A stretch of 60,978 nt of DNA, the filler included, from Sphacelaria rigidula (taxonomy: Eukaryota), in NCBI GenBank assembly GCA_964200075.2. It is 8 parts of 8 records of this genome, joined end to end, with 100 filler letters (N's around TTAATTAATTAA, not from the genome) between each part and the next. Parts side by side here need not be neighbours in the genome. Positions count along the whole stretch, not along the records: positions 1 to 7,536 come from CAXNAA020014455.1; positions 7,637 to 15,171 come from CAXNAA020014456.1; 6 more parts are not named here. One strand, 5' to 3'. Made by a program: the position numbers and the translations under genes. The notes under the pieces were generated by a model. The model was not told the DNA's origin. It was given only the letters and a program-made list of their open reading frames with translations, and searched no databases. Each line of letters opens with the position of its first letter. The first letter of the stretch is position 1. This document shows positions 1-12,693 of this stretch, one piece after another.

Positions 1-49
<49 letters not shown>

Positions 50-67
50 GGTTGTTGTTGTTGTGGT

Positions 68-124
<57 letters not shown>

Positions 125-160
125 CGTTGTTGTCGTCGTCGTCGTCGTCGTCGTCGTTGT
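1..160. repeat. (TTG)n/(TCG)n microsatellite at contig start
   Basis: Direct trinucleotide repeat; explains the poly-Leu/Ser ORF 1..360. Confidence 0.97.
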
Positions 161-846
161 TTTACTTCAAAAACCGTTCCGATATCTGCGCGGTACATCC
201 GTACTGGGCATCTGATGCGGACGTCGTCCGGAGTCACAGTCTAGCTTCCTATAATAAGGTAATAAAAAATCAAACAAGAAACAATGTAGACCGAGAGAAT
301 ACACACCACAAACGCGAAACACGTGAAACAAGAGTGAATAATAAAGAAGAAAGAGAATAAATAGAGGTAACCTCAAAGGATCCGGTGCCATAGGTGGCTT
401 ATCAGACCGGAAATGAATGTGCTACGACGTGAACATGAGCAACAAGCCTGAAGGGGGTAGTATAGCCAACCTTTCCACATACCTCCTTGTTTGCGGCGTA
501 GATAACAACCGCGGTCTTACGGGACATAAATTGGCCGTATGTTTCCGCCCAGTAGTCCGATCAGGAGAGCACTAACTCTCGCTTCGGAGCCATATCCTCT
601 TCTTTGTCCCTGTCCCTGCAGTTGGATCGTGGCACGTGCGCGCGTATATGGGTGAGCACATGAAATATGCGCGATGAGGGCTGCGCAATGGGAATGGTCG
701 GCTGGCGTAACTGTGTAATCGCCAACAGAAAGGGCTCTTGGCTCTTCCAGCTCGTACAGCATTCCGGCTACAACTTTTGAATGATGGCGAACCATGAAGC
801 GAAACCTCCACGAGAAACAATCGCTTGGGCAGATTTAGAATGAATA

Positions 847-1262
847 CCAGATTCTCAAAAATGGGTCTGAACTAAAAACTGAAGTTCAACTCATCAGCAG
901 TGCTTTCCCTGACCTGAAGTCAAGACAAATTAATTTCATATGGAAGACCTCATCCCTCCCGGCCTCACTGAAACTATTTCGGGGGATTTCTAGCCTTCCG
1001 TTCCCCCAAAGGGTATGTGCGAAAGCACATTTTTGCCCCGATTTCGGGGTGATAAAACGGACGATTTTTGGCCCAAAAATCGTGCTTTCGCACATACCCT
1101 TTGGGGGAACGGACGGCTGGAAATCCCCCGAAATAGTCGTAAGGGGGTCGGGAGGGATGAGGTTACCATATGAAAGTCATTGATAATGACTTTGGGTCAG
1201 GGAAAGCACTGGTTTTGAGTAGAACCTCATTTTTTTGTCCAACCCCATTTTTGAGAATCTGC
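847..1262. mobile_element. Foldback/MITE with ~185-bp inverted arms, flanked by TA
   Basis: The left arm CCAGATTCTCAAAAATGGG...CCCCCAAAGGGTATGTGCGAAAGCAC is the reverse complement of the right arm GTGCTTTCGCACATACCCTTTGGGGG...CCCATTTTTGAGAATCTGC. TA at 845-846 and 1263-1264. A similar terminus occurs at ~60614-60640. Confidence 0.85.
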
Positions 1263-1539
1263 TATTACTGTTTATTTGTCAACATGTACGAAATTCTAAC
1301 TACGGGAACCTTGCAAGGTATAGGGGGACGTTTCCTCTTGATTTCGAGCACCCATTTTTTGTTCGTTCCCATAAATATTTGTTCCCATTTTTCAGAACCC
1401 CCTGATCTCTGTTCCCACGGCTTTTTTGTCTTCTTCTGGGTATGAGTGCACGTGTGAAAAAGTGATTCCTAGACAGACACCTGTGGGAATTTGTCCATTC
1501 TATGTGCTGGTTCCAACATCACCCCCCCCTTCCAGAGCA

Positions 1540-1783
1540 ATGCTACGGTAGGGGTTGCACTTTTTGTTTCTGGGTCTCGTTTTTGTAGGAGCCCAAATAT
1601 ATGGGGCTTACTGTGCAACCCAAATCTCCGGGGACAAGACATGGAGATGCACACAGGGGCCTTTTCGTGAATCGGCATCATTTTTAGTATTTTTCGAGTG
1701 AAAGTGATGCCGATTTTTCAAAATGATCCGTGCAACACCCCGAGAAACATTTTCGCTCAAAAAGTGCAACCCTACCGTAGCAT
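1540..1783. mobile_element. MITE with ~25-bp TIRs
   Basis: ATGCTACGGTAGGGGTTGCACTTTTT ... AAAAAGTGCAACCCTACCGTAGCAT. The same terminus CCCTACCGTAGCATC recurs at ~60469-60484. Confidence 0.75.
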
Positions 1784-1951
1784 CACTTTCCATGAACCTC
1801 TTGGAGGTTTTATAGGAGGAACCCTATACGCCGGCTAGCGGTTGAAACCTAGCCTTTTAATCTACATATCTTCCACGTGTGTCGGGTCTCTCAACCAACT
1901 ATTGCCGCAGGAGATTTTCTGTGGGTTTTGAACTCGGCTTCAGAGGATATC

Positions 1952-2532
1952 TGTCATGAGGACGCATATTAGCCTGTTATCATGCCACCTCAGACCCGTT
2001 GATGAGTCCAGCTTTATATTTGAATTTTTGGTATTCTAAGACCTCAGACTGCAGGTCTGTTCAGAGTTGGTCAGATACGAGTGTGAATTTGTATACGGCA
2101 GAGATGATGATGGCTCGGGTGAGCCTTTGCGCAAGCCGAGCCACCCTCCTATTCACTGCCATCTGCACCCTCTTCCAGCAAAGAAGTCTAACAATGATGA
2201 GACTGGTTGACTGAGCGTGAGATTGGATTGATTGATTGGATACTGGAAGGTCGAGACCAAGCAAAGAGATATAGCCTACGCGTGAGATTCTCCTATTTCC
2301 CGGACACGTCTGTGTGAGACCGTGCCCATCATCCTGCTTGGCCGTTGAGTCTGAGGACCGACCCCCTTGCCTTGCCTTGCCTAGTGAGCCTGTGCTTGCC
2401 TATATAGCACCGTATCCCCATGACAATTGGCGTCTGACTGAGGAGCTTCTTCGTTTGCAATTGCGCTTCTCTTCCTAACACCAATTGCACCCCTGCTTGT
2501 CGAGCTGCGCTCACGCGGGCTTTCTGCTGACA
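1952..2532. mobile_element. Candidate solo LTR
   Basis: TGTCA...TGACA inverted termini and a TATA-like CTATATAG at ~2400. Flanks ATATC/ATTTT are not a perfect TSD. Confidence 0.4.
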
Positions 2533-4011
2533 ATTTTCTCCAGATTTTCGATTAGGTAGTCAAACCTATTTTATTTAGCCCCTTTTGGCTTGCTAGATAG
2601 TCAGTCGTCAGCTAGTGCGAAGCTTTCAACCCGTGTGTTACACCGTACACAGTACTTGTGTCTTGCTCTCGCTGCTCGCTGCTTGCTGCAGCGTTTGATT
2701 GCACGCCTTGTGCACGTTAGGCCAACGCGCGTCGACGCTCCAACCTCGCCTTGCCGTGTTCCTGTGTATTTTGTGACATACACGCCTGCACATTGCACTT
2801 GTGGTACGTGCTACCTGCACAACGCAACCACCCCTGATCGTTGAGTACAGCACGGTCACACGCCCAGCCATCCCTGGCTCGCGTACTTGGCCTTGTTGCC
2901 CCCTCTTTTCCGACAGGTCGAGTTTTCTACTACAGGTTTGTTACAGAACAGCGCTGCACAGGGTGCATAGTTGCCAACAGCCAGCTGCTGTTTCTGACTT
3001 GGGCCTTTGCCAAGCCAGCAACGTGTCGCTTTCACATTTCAGTTTCGATTTTACACGGCCCATTGCATCATTTTTGTTCACGGGTCGTTTCGTAACACAA
3101 CCCGTGCTTCCTCAACGGGTGACTACGGACATCTGTACACGAGATTCGTACCCGTTCTGGCACTTTCGCTGCGTCGCGATATACGTCACTCGTAGCTAGT
3201 TTGTTGTTGTTGTTCTCTTGTAGTGTGCTTCGCACAACTGTAAAGTGGCGCCGTACATCACCGCGATAATTAACAATACACAGCTTAACCGACTGTGAGA
3301 TTTTATCATTGAACCTCTCTCGGCCACAAACAATTAGTTGTTCCGAGACACGTTCCATTCGCGATAATACGTGCCTGTGACATTCCAACCTACCAGTCGC
3401 TAGTTGTCCTTACCCATAATTCAGTTGTTGTGGCGATTTCCAAAACTACGCTCTATTTGACACGCCGTATTGATAAACTCCAGACTTACGTTACCCGCTC
3501 ACTTGGAGCACACGGCACTCAAAACCAGTGCCCCTTTGGTGTGTAACTCTTTTTCGGGACACGCCCTCAGCGCTGCCCCTGCTGCGCACTACTTCAACTT
3601 TGTTACCACGCCGTTGTGTGGCAAGCCTTCGTGCTGCACTACGCCGCCCGATCCTACGGTCTCCATCTCAAGCTTTTGCTGAAGCTTTTGTACTGCCCTA
3701 CGCTGCACGACCCTTTGGTGCTCATTTACTCTTTTTTCTGAGCACCGCCAGTCGTTTCCCAGTTTGAGTCGGGATGATACAGTCGTGGTCGGCCCCTGAC
3801 GCCGACACCGTAAACACGTATGAGTTGTACTACTTTCAGGTACCAACGCCGCTACAGTCAATTGGAGTTGTGAATTTTTCGACGCCTGTCTGTTCTGCGC
3901 GCGATCCCAGACTCCCGTTGCTAGCTTTTACCGCCGCACCTTCGATAGTTGTATTGGAAAGAGTTTTGACGTTGCTGTTACATACAGCGATTAGCTTGAA
4001 AAACAATTCCC

Positions 4012-4183
4012 GGAGTTCATCAGGTCCCAAACGAGAGTCCCTCAAGGTGCTATTATACTTCACTGTATAATATTTCTGGATTCAAGCTTCGATAATAATA
4101 CAGGAGTTCATCTGGCTCCAAACGAAGGTCTCTCCAGGCGCTGTTAGGCTTAATTACTCCGTATTTCTGGGTACAAGCTTCGA
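4012..4183 (+). repeat. Two diverged ~91-bp direct repeats
   Basis: GGAGTTCATC..CCAAACGA...TATTTCTGG..CAAGCTTCGA at 4012 and 4103. Confidence 0.8.
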
Positions 4184-4274
4184 CCGTTTCATCTAGCACT
4201 TCTTGGTGTCACGCTCCTTTGACTAGAGCCCGACAACCACAACCACACTGCCCCTATTTTTCTGAGTACACCAG

Positions 4275-7256
4275 TTGCGTACGACTAGCTCCATATCGCA
4301 CAAAAATAGCGCCGAGTCGTACCCTCAGTTGGGAGACCGACCTCTTCGCCGGACACGGAGCCAAACTACTGGCGGTTTGAAATATTTTGATATCAGTAGC
4401 GCGTCACATTCGACTACTCGACGAACGTACGCGAGCGCTGCTCGATCTCCGGGATTGGAAGACCAACTTTCAAGCGCTGCTCATCCTTCGGGACTTGGAA
4501 AAGAGACTATGACGCCGCGACCTATTCTCTCCAGTACCGATTCGGACTCAGAGAACAGGGCTGTGCCACTGGCTGAGTCATTGGCTCCTGACAGATATGT
4601 CAGCGAAGCCATAACGGTGGATTCCGTAGCAACCCCCTGGCTGCGGCCTGTTCTTCCGGATCCCGATATGGAACCCGAAGACAGGAATGTGCCCCCAGCT
4701 AAGTCGTTGTCCCTGGACACACGTGTCCAGTATGGCCCCGTAACCGTTGCTTCAACCGTGGCACCCCGTCGAGTGACGGTTGACAAATTTCGAGACGACC
4801 CAACTCGCGTGACAATATCTCGCCCTTCTTCCGCGTCAGCGGGCACGCCAGTCCCAGCTCTAATCTAGATATTTACGGCTTTTTGCCACGCCGCGTTCCA
4901 AGACTAATCGGCCTCCGCTCACGTGCAGTTCAATGATGACTCTGCACCTACCCCGCCCAAACCCGTACGTTTGGCGCCCCGATCGGCGACACCGCCGCGT
5001 TCTCCGTTCGTATCTCATGAGAGTTTCGACGAAGACCAGTTCAGCCCCTCCTCCACTTCACACCAAAGTTCTGCTCGCGTTTCTGGACTACGCCGCACAC
5101 AGACAGCTGGTCACGGCCACGTCACCCGTGCGGGCAGCCCCAGGGACAACTCCCGGCACAGCTTCAATTCCTCGTGCGTTCTCACACGCCCGAAGAATGT
5201 CGCTCATGGCCGGACATACGAAAGTAGTTCACGGCACAGCTCTGATTCATCGCGCGCCCCCACGCGTCCGATGAATACCATCCGTGACCGTACTCACGAG
5301 GGTAGTTCGCGGCACAGATCGAATTAATCGCGCGCCCCATTCCGCTCCAATAATGCCGATCATACAACCGCACGCATCCCTCCCGCTTCACCTCGGTCAC
5401 GCCGCCGTCATTTACGCAATGATAATACCATACATGCTGCCGACATTCAGAATATATTTTCGGACATGTCACCAGCTCTTGAATCTCAATGGAGGGATCC
5501 AGGTGTATAATTCATCGCGCAACCGACGACCCAGCACTGATCGCGAACCTCCGTCCCGTTCTGATGCTGCGATCATTTGCTCTCTGCAACAACAACTCGC
5601 AGATCTCAAACGAAGACTCGCCAAGACAAATATGGACAACAAAGGAGTACCCGCCGCCGCTGCTGTCTCGGCCGCTGCGCCTGCCGTCACGGCTGCTACT
5701 GTCACGGCTCACACCACAGTTGCCGCCCCGTCTGACGTCGACGCTGATAGTGGGCCCACAACTGATCCCGTCACGGATGTCCCCGTGCCCCCAACTCTGT
5801 CTGTGGAAGCTCTCCCTCCGCTCGGTGAAGAGCTGTAATGCGTGAGAGGACTGCGTGCTTAGAGGATCGCATCGAAATCTGAACATCCCTATGGTTAGGG
5901 TTAGGGTTAGGGTTAGGGTCAGGATTATGATCTGAGGCGTGGTGCCTCCAGGGACTGACCCGATTGGTTTTGAAAAACGTCGATCCTGAGATGTTTTGAA
6001 CTACGACACGGTCCTCTAAGCACGCGGTCCTCTCACGCATTACAGAGCACTGTCCGACTGGCCTCCTCTTGAGGCTCTTCAGGAACCGTTCCCGCGCGGA
6101 ACAATTGGTGCTGATCGAGGATTACGCCTCGAAAGCGCCGGCGCTCGCCGGGGTTATCTTCGATCAACAACGCGCGGCTGACTCCGCCGCTGCACGCCTC
6201 CTCGCCGAGGAACATGCTGACAGGCAACGGGATCTTCAGCGACAGGCCTCACTCGCCCACACGACGAACATGGCTTCGCAACGCTCCCTTCAGGAAGGTC
6301 GCACGGCTGCCATGGCGGCCCAGAAACGGGTGCGAGACCTGGAGGACCATATCCGACGGACCGCTCACGACGTGGCTACATCGGTGGCCCACCTGATCAA
6401 CCATCAGGCCTTTCCGCCGTCCGCCGGCAACCTGCTTAGTGATCGCCCTCCTCAGCCAACTTCGACCCACACGGCCCAGCCCAAGACCGGCCAGTCGACT
6501 TACAAAATCCCACGTAAGTCCGACCAAACGTCTTATGCTGCGACCACCGCCGTCCCCGAAACGGTCCCAACACCCCCGCTCCGAGCAGATATCTCGGCTG
6601 CCAATGCCGGTCCAACACCAGGCCTGCAATTCACTCACCACGAACGACTGTGGCTTACTCGTTCCGCAGCCGACTTTACCAGCCCGTTTCACAAGACAAA
6701 CCACGTACACTGCTCCCGCCAGGCTTGGAACTTGGTGTCCCAATGTCCACACCGCGTTGTTGGCCTTTACGTAGACCAGGGCGGATTCTTCCCCGACGAC
6801 GGCATGCCGTCCCTCACCCTGGGCCAACTGGTACTTCATTTGGCCATTGGCGCCGGCTCTGATCAGTCTCATTACGTGGAAACTGTCATAGGTCTTTTTG
6901 CGGCGCTACGCGCCGCTCACAACTCTGTCCCTGACGCCACCATTGCCGACGATGACCAGGATGACCATGGTTGGACTCCCACGAGTGCCAACTGCAGGGA
7001 AAAGAAGAAATACCACCGGCGCGGTGACGATGGCAACAATGGAGGAGGCTCACGCCGCCGCCATGGCGGCGGAGGATCCTCCTCGGGCGGTTCCGTACCG
7101 AACCGCCCGCTCCGCAATAACCGCGGCCCGACTCGGAAGAAAACAGGAGGCAAATCCTCCGGATCTTCCGCGACAGGCTGGAACCGATCTAGCACAAACC
7201 TCCCCCCCTCGGGTTCGGTGACATCCAGGCAAGTAACAGAGGGCTCTATAAAATGA
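4275..7256 (+). pseudogene. Decayed long ORF of unknown family (possibly a retroelement ORF1/Gag-like protein), interrupted by a MITE
   Basis: Consecutive Ser/Pro/Arg-rich ORFs 4275, 4923, 5284 and 6069 are broken by stops and a frameshift. It has coiled-coil-like segments (SLQQQLADLKRRL; AAQKRVRDLEDHI) and a basic Gly/Arg tail. Removing 5834-6048 joins the 5284 and 6069 ORFs in frame. Confidence 0.55.
5834..6044. mobile_element. 211-bp MITE with TGT...ACA termini, 4-bp TSD and internal (TTAGGG)4
   Basis: 36-bp TIRs TGTAATGCGTGAGAGGACYGCGTGCTTAGAGGAYCG with 2 mismatches; TSD GAGC at 5830-5833 and 6045-6048; TTAGGG x4 at 5895-5918. Confidence 0.93.
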
Positions 7257-7284
7257 GGTTGATCAGTGAAATGAGGTTTGAGGA

Positions 7285-7536
7285 GGCTAGCCAGTATGCG
7301 ACAAAAACCCGAGGGAAGTACCGTCCGCAAGTGCCTTCGATCATTTTCGGGGGGGTGGAGCGTAGTAATTTGTTGCTTGCCTTAGTCGTTTGACCATCGA
7401 CCACGGCCCGTCTCGAAAGGTCAATAGTCAAACGACTAAGGCAAGCAACAAATGAGTACGTCCCCCCCCCCCGAAAATGATCGAAGGCACGTGCGGACGG
7501 TACGTACCACAGGTGGTTGGGGCGTACTGGCTCGCC
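7285..7536. mobile_element. Foldback element (arms >=110 bp), truncated by contig end
   Basis: GTACCGTCCGCAAGTGCCTTCGATCATTTTCGGGG...ATTTGTTGCTTGCCTTAGTCGTTTGAC pairs with GTCAAACGACTAAGGCAAGCAACAAAT...CCCCGAAAATGATCGAAGGCACGTGCGGACGGTAC. Confidence 0.85.
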
Positions 7537-7636
7537 NNNNNNNNNNNNNNNNNNNNNNNNNNNNNNNNNNNNNNNNNNNNTTAATTAATTAANNNNNNNN
7601 NNNNNNNNNNNNNNNNNNNNNNNNNNNNNNNNNNNN
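7537..7636. other. Artificial contig linker (also 15172-15271, 22807-22906, 30442-30541, 38077-38176, 45711-45810, 53345-53444)
   Basis: Each is 44 N + TTAATTAATTAA (stops in all six frames) + 44 N, recurring every 7634-7635 bp. Confidence 0.99.
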
Positions 7637-10600
7637 TGGCGCTGATACGTTCGGCACTGCTGCCACGCGCGTCAGCCGTGGCTTACCACTAGTTATTATT
7701 ATTATCATCATCATCATCATCATCATTATTTCCGCACATTAGTCCGATCCCGCGAACCCGTGGTCACAGACGTAGGCTCGCCTTTCCAATACCGTTTCCT
7801 GCTATTTCTTACGAAACACCTTAACAAAAAATTGACATAAGAAGAGAGACGCCACGAAATCCGGGTTGACTAGCCCGGGGCTATTAGTGAGCGGGTCATG
7901 TAGAGGTCATGATAACATATGCATCATTTTTTATTGTGCAGTTCTCGGTCGCCGCTTCAGGCAGTCACGTGAAACGTGATTCACCAGTCGGACACATCAC
8001 AGCCAGTATATGCACCGGAGCACAGCTTCTTTCCGTCTGCCAGCAAAATAAACGACGCGAATTCCGATTTTCGGCGATACCGCCTGTATGCTCTCAAAAC
8101 TACTATCTCGCGGTCGAAATTCTGTGCGTGAGTGGATTCATGTGTGGACATGGCACCTCAATCACTTCCGCATCACGACCACCTGGGAGGCTGCAGTGCT
8201 GGCGCCATCTCTGGATTATGACAATCTGTAGAAAATCCATTCCGGTATCGACTATAGAGATGCTCAGGGCAGGTGGCACGGTGGTGCGCGCGCTGTCGTC
8301 GCTTCTATGCGCTGAAACTTCGGGAACATCTCATGTACCCCAAAGTCAACAAGCACACGAGTCTGCATCTGGGGTTGGGCGTTGCAGCAGTACCCGAGGG
8401 GATAAAATGTGCTTCAATTCTGTTCCGAGACAATTCTTTGTTTGTTTTTTGGCACAGACTTGCAGCAGCTGCCCGGCACAACGATAAGAAGAGTGCTTGA
8501 TGGCCCATGAGGAAAGCGCGGGGTAACTTTAGCGCTTCTGCCGTTGCACATCGATCATCAATTTCGATACTTCCCGTGTTTCGGGTGGTCGGTCGCCCAC
8601 ATGTTGTTTCGTAGTTTGCTGGTGTGATGGAAGGCAATACCCGTACGTCACAACCAGTAAATTTGGCTTTTGTATGCATCTGTACACCAACTTAGGTCTG
8701 CGCACTCGCTACACTCAGTGTCATATGCATGCATGATCAGCTTTGGAGGACTCCGTGCCTACGGGGAGCTGTCGGGCGTAGATCGTGAGCAAGATACGGA
8801 AGAGAAGCTACACTACGAAATCATGTTGAAACAAGTATCAATAATCACATCAGATAACAGGACATTACCATGTACTGGCGCAGCCACGTCCCGGGGGATA
8901 ACATGCAGAGGTTTAACGGCGCAAGAGCAAAGCACGGACAATTTCGCAACTTCTGGCATGGCGCATGGATCGTGTTGGCTATGTTGGTGCGGCTTGGTAT
9001 ACAATAACAGGATTGCATACCCCGTCAGCTTCGTGTGACGGGGTATAACACCCGTCTTACCCGGAGGCAAACCACCAACTTTCTCAAACAGGATACGACT
9101 CCTTCAGCAACGGATCTGCGAGTGCTCGGCGCGTATGGCTCGTTTGATCTTGCTGCATGATTTATGTTTTGCGACCTGGGGTTCGTGCTTCAACTCCACA
9201 GCACTATTCGGTACCGAGTGGCTGTCGTTTAGGAAGGATACTCGAATTTTGACTACACTATACCGTCGGTTGAGAGCTACAGCACAGACGGCACAGAAAC
9301 AATACAGTACATTAACCGTCTAAGTAAAAACACTGCAAGCATCAACACCACCAAGCAACAACACAGCTCAGGGAAGAAAAGTACTCGACAGGGCAAAGAC
9401 ACACAGCGCTTGACCCTGTACATGATTTATTGCACGGTGCAGCGACAGGCAGTAGTTGTTCGTGTACAGTAGACACAACTCGTACGAGTACAAGGCTCGA
9501 TGAACAGCGGCACACTCGTAAAAGAGAACTGACACGAAAGCAGAACTACGCACCTCGGACTCAATTCAACATTTCTGTACAAATCTCTCCACGAATAATG
9601 GTCTCTGATTTCGTCTCCGTCCTCGCCGGCGTCCCTGTATTCGTGTCCTTCGGGATGCCATCCAGTAGCAAGCTGAGGGAGGGAGAAGGTACGAGGTGCT
9701 ACACCAAACTGTTCCGAAATTCTGATTGGTCCAGTGTTTTTTGTGTTGGGGAGGCGTGTTTTGCTATGAGGTTCGGCCCTAGAGATGGGGGAGGCTTGGG
9801 TATCGCGAGGGATGTGCTCACAGACATGAATTTGAGGCTGGTAGCGGTGTAGAGAGCTCGAGGAAGGTGCTGGTGTAACAGCTGGTAGTATTGCTGCAGC
9901 AGCCCTTTCGTTTTGGTAGATCCGAGATTTCAACTAAAAAAAAAAAATCGGCCCTACAAAACATACTGGTATTTTACGGAGTCACCATCAGTGGGGTGCT
10001 TGACTTGAGCCAAGGAGGGAGGGGGTGATACACGGGAAGGCTGCGTTCAAGCGTGTGAGTTGAGATGCTTGCAAGGCGATTGGACTAGCTTATCAGGTAT
10101 GTTTTTTTGTTGTTGTCGGTGCTGGATTTATTGGTTGCGGTTGCCCTGACAGTGCTATTCAAGAGAGACGACCAACAAACGCGCGAAAAGGAGCTCCTCC
10201 CCCTCTCTTCCAGCTAGAATTTAATCTTGGTTTCAGTATCTGTTGTTTTGTTGAGGCGATTTCATCTTGGTTTTACTCTGAACATTCTTTTGTACTGACT
10301 ACACTATGTACGTGACGGTACAGTACGGTACTGTACTGTTATGTGTGCAGGCACAGCAACAACCAAACAGCCGCCGCAGCGGGCGGTCACCCTGGGCAGA
10401 TCTCGCCCCAACTAGTGTGCTACTGTACTGTTTGTACGAGCACAAATGATTTGAGCACTAACAACACGCGCAAGCATGCAGTTTCGGCAACAACTGACGA
10501 GGTCATAGTGGCGATGCAACGATCTCTAGTTGTTGTACTGCTCGTCGTTCTCCCTTTGTTGCTGTTGCCAAACCTACCGCACGTATCAGGCTTCTTTCTC

Positions 10601-12435
10601 ATGGCCCCCCACATTGAGTTTTTGAATTGTTTGCCGTGCTGCGCATGTTCCCCCAACCGTAGTTACGCTACTCCCTACAACGTGTTCATCAACTAGGGAT
10701 TGCGCGATGAAGCTTGTCTCCGGGCTCCATTGCACCTCGGGAGTCGTCGCGTAGTATTGCAATCGGCCACTGCTCTTTCGTGCAGCTATGGTACTACGCA
10801 GCTACTGTTTCACGGTACTGTACTGTGGATGGTCTGTACAAGCAAAGCCCTACAGCAGTACAGTCAGTTTATCGGCGTAAGGCACTGTACCTCCTGTACT
10901 GTTCTGTGTTGTACCACTGCTGTGCGCAGTACGGCGAGGACAACAGGCATATATGCTCTCTGCTGTTTGGAGCCATTTGTCGGGGGCGTGACACAGCGTC
11001 CATTTTATTGGGACGGGTAACAGCTCATGTCTTGTCCCGTGCCTAGCCCGAAGGTATTCATGCTTGCGAAGGTCTCCTGACTTCATTCAGAGACTTGCCT
11101 TACTCCACTACGATGTAAGGCCTGAAGGTTAAAAACCGATGCAAATAGGAAGATACTGAGATCCATCATTGTACTCCAGTCCAGCATATTTGATGGAGGT
11201 CCACCTAACGGCTGTACTGTTGTACACCGCATTCTACCTCGTAAAAAAACGGTGCGAAATAGGAGGGCTGGCAGACATATGTGCCCTGTGCTGGGAAACG
11301 AGAAGCTCATGCATCGCCAAGCGTGTACAACGTATATGCCCTGTATGAGAGACTGACGAAAGAGTACAATGCAGTGAGTACGTGCTGGATTGATGTATCT
11401 GAGTAGTGTGAAATTGACAGCTACGGTAGTTGTCGTACTGTCAACTGCCGACAACCCTTGGTCTTAACCTTTCACGGCGTCTAATGCCTTTGAATGCCAA
11501 CTTTTCTTTAATCCACTCAGCATAAACCAACGCTTCTGCTACCGAGACTCGTTCGTCAATGCCTTGCAATAAAAGGATCAACCCTGTGATCATCCAGCCC
11601 CCTGGTTGTACGCCGGTTGGTTGGGCTTTCGGGGAGGGGTTCGGCGTATAATAGTTGCTCTTGATAAAAAGAGATCGCCTAAAACAGACCGTCGCCACGC
11701 ATATGCGCTGTCATTATTATTTGTGCGAAGTCCACGATCAGCACAGCGGCACATTGGCCGTCGTGGTACATGAGACAATTCGTGATACTGACTATATCAC
11801 TAATAACGGTGATCTCGGGAGCAGTCCGATTGTTTTGTCCATGTGCGAAGATTCCAGTGCACCCCGAGTGCTTCCATTTCATCCCTTGGGTTCGTTCTCT
11901 ATCTTCTGCCCATCGCTTGGATCCCTGGCGGGTCAGTTAATGTACGACGAGTCAATCCATCGCACTCATGATTCAACCACACGATCAACAGCAAAACGAT
12001 GCACGGGAGGAAACAGAAGTGTGGACCTGCCTCCCTCGACCATTGCAAAAGACTCCCCCACGTCCCGCGGCCACAATTGCTTGTTTTAGGTAAACCTTGC
12101 GAACAAAACGTCCCATCAAATATTCGCGGGACTGTGATTAAATGATCATTCGGAACATTTAGCACGAGTGCCAAGGGGTGAAATATCTCTCAGTTCCTGG
12201 ACACACACCTACCCCCTCCCCGCGCCCGGTCCCCGGTGCTCCGTCTCGAAAAGGATGCATGGTGAACAGTCAAATGATCAAGGCAAGCAACAAATGAGTA
12301 CCCCCCCCCCCCCCCTCTCGACCTCACTAAACTCCCTGTATGGTTGTGCTCGTTTTGTCCGCATCTATACAACCCNNNNNNNNNNAAAAGATGAAAGGTA
12401 AAAATTCAAAAGACCGAAGAAACCAAACAAGATCG

Positions 12436-12522
12436 CCCCCCCCCCCCCCCCCCCTCTCCCGTCCCAATTGACCCCCTACGGGGTTGGCATCGGTTGACGA
12501 TGAGGCTGTAAAACACGCCACT
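12436..12522. repeat. Dispersed repeat; inverted copy at 53445-53511
   Basis: GGGGTTGGCATCGGTTGACGATGAGGCTGTAAAACACGCCACT vs AGTGGCGTGTTTTACAGCGTCATCGCCAAGCGACGCCAACCCC. Confidence 0.75.
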
Positions 12523-12693
12523 CACTGCGGAAGCTAGCCAACCAGTTTACCGATTTTTTTGCAAGCTCGTGTTTTCTTTCGGTAACCATGATGGTGGTCG
12601 AGCTAGATCATATTGTGCGGGGTGGACGAGCCTCAACTCCGCGCAAAGGGGATAGTCGTACTACGTAGTGTTTGGATGGTGAGTGAGACACCC

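Noticed and set aside
1-360. Poly-Leu ORF resembling a signal or membrane protein
   Set aside because: It is a translation of the (TTG)n microsatellite.
7241-7252. GAGGGCTCTATA identical to the end of the element A LTRs
   Set aside because: Only 12 bp with no flanking similarity; cannot be distinguished from chance.
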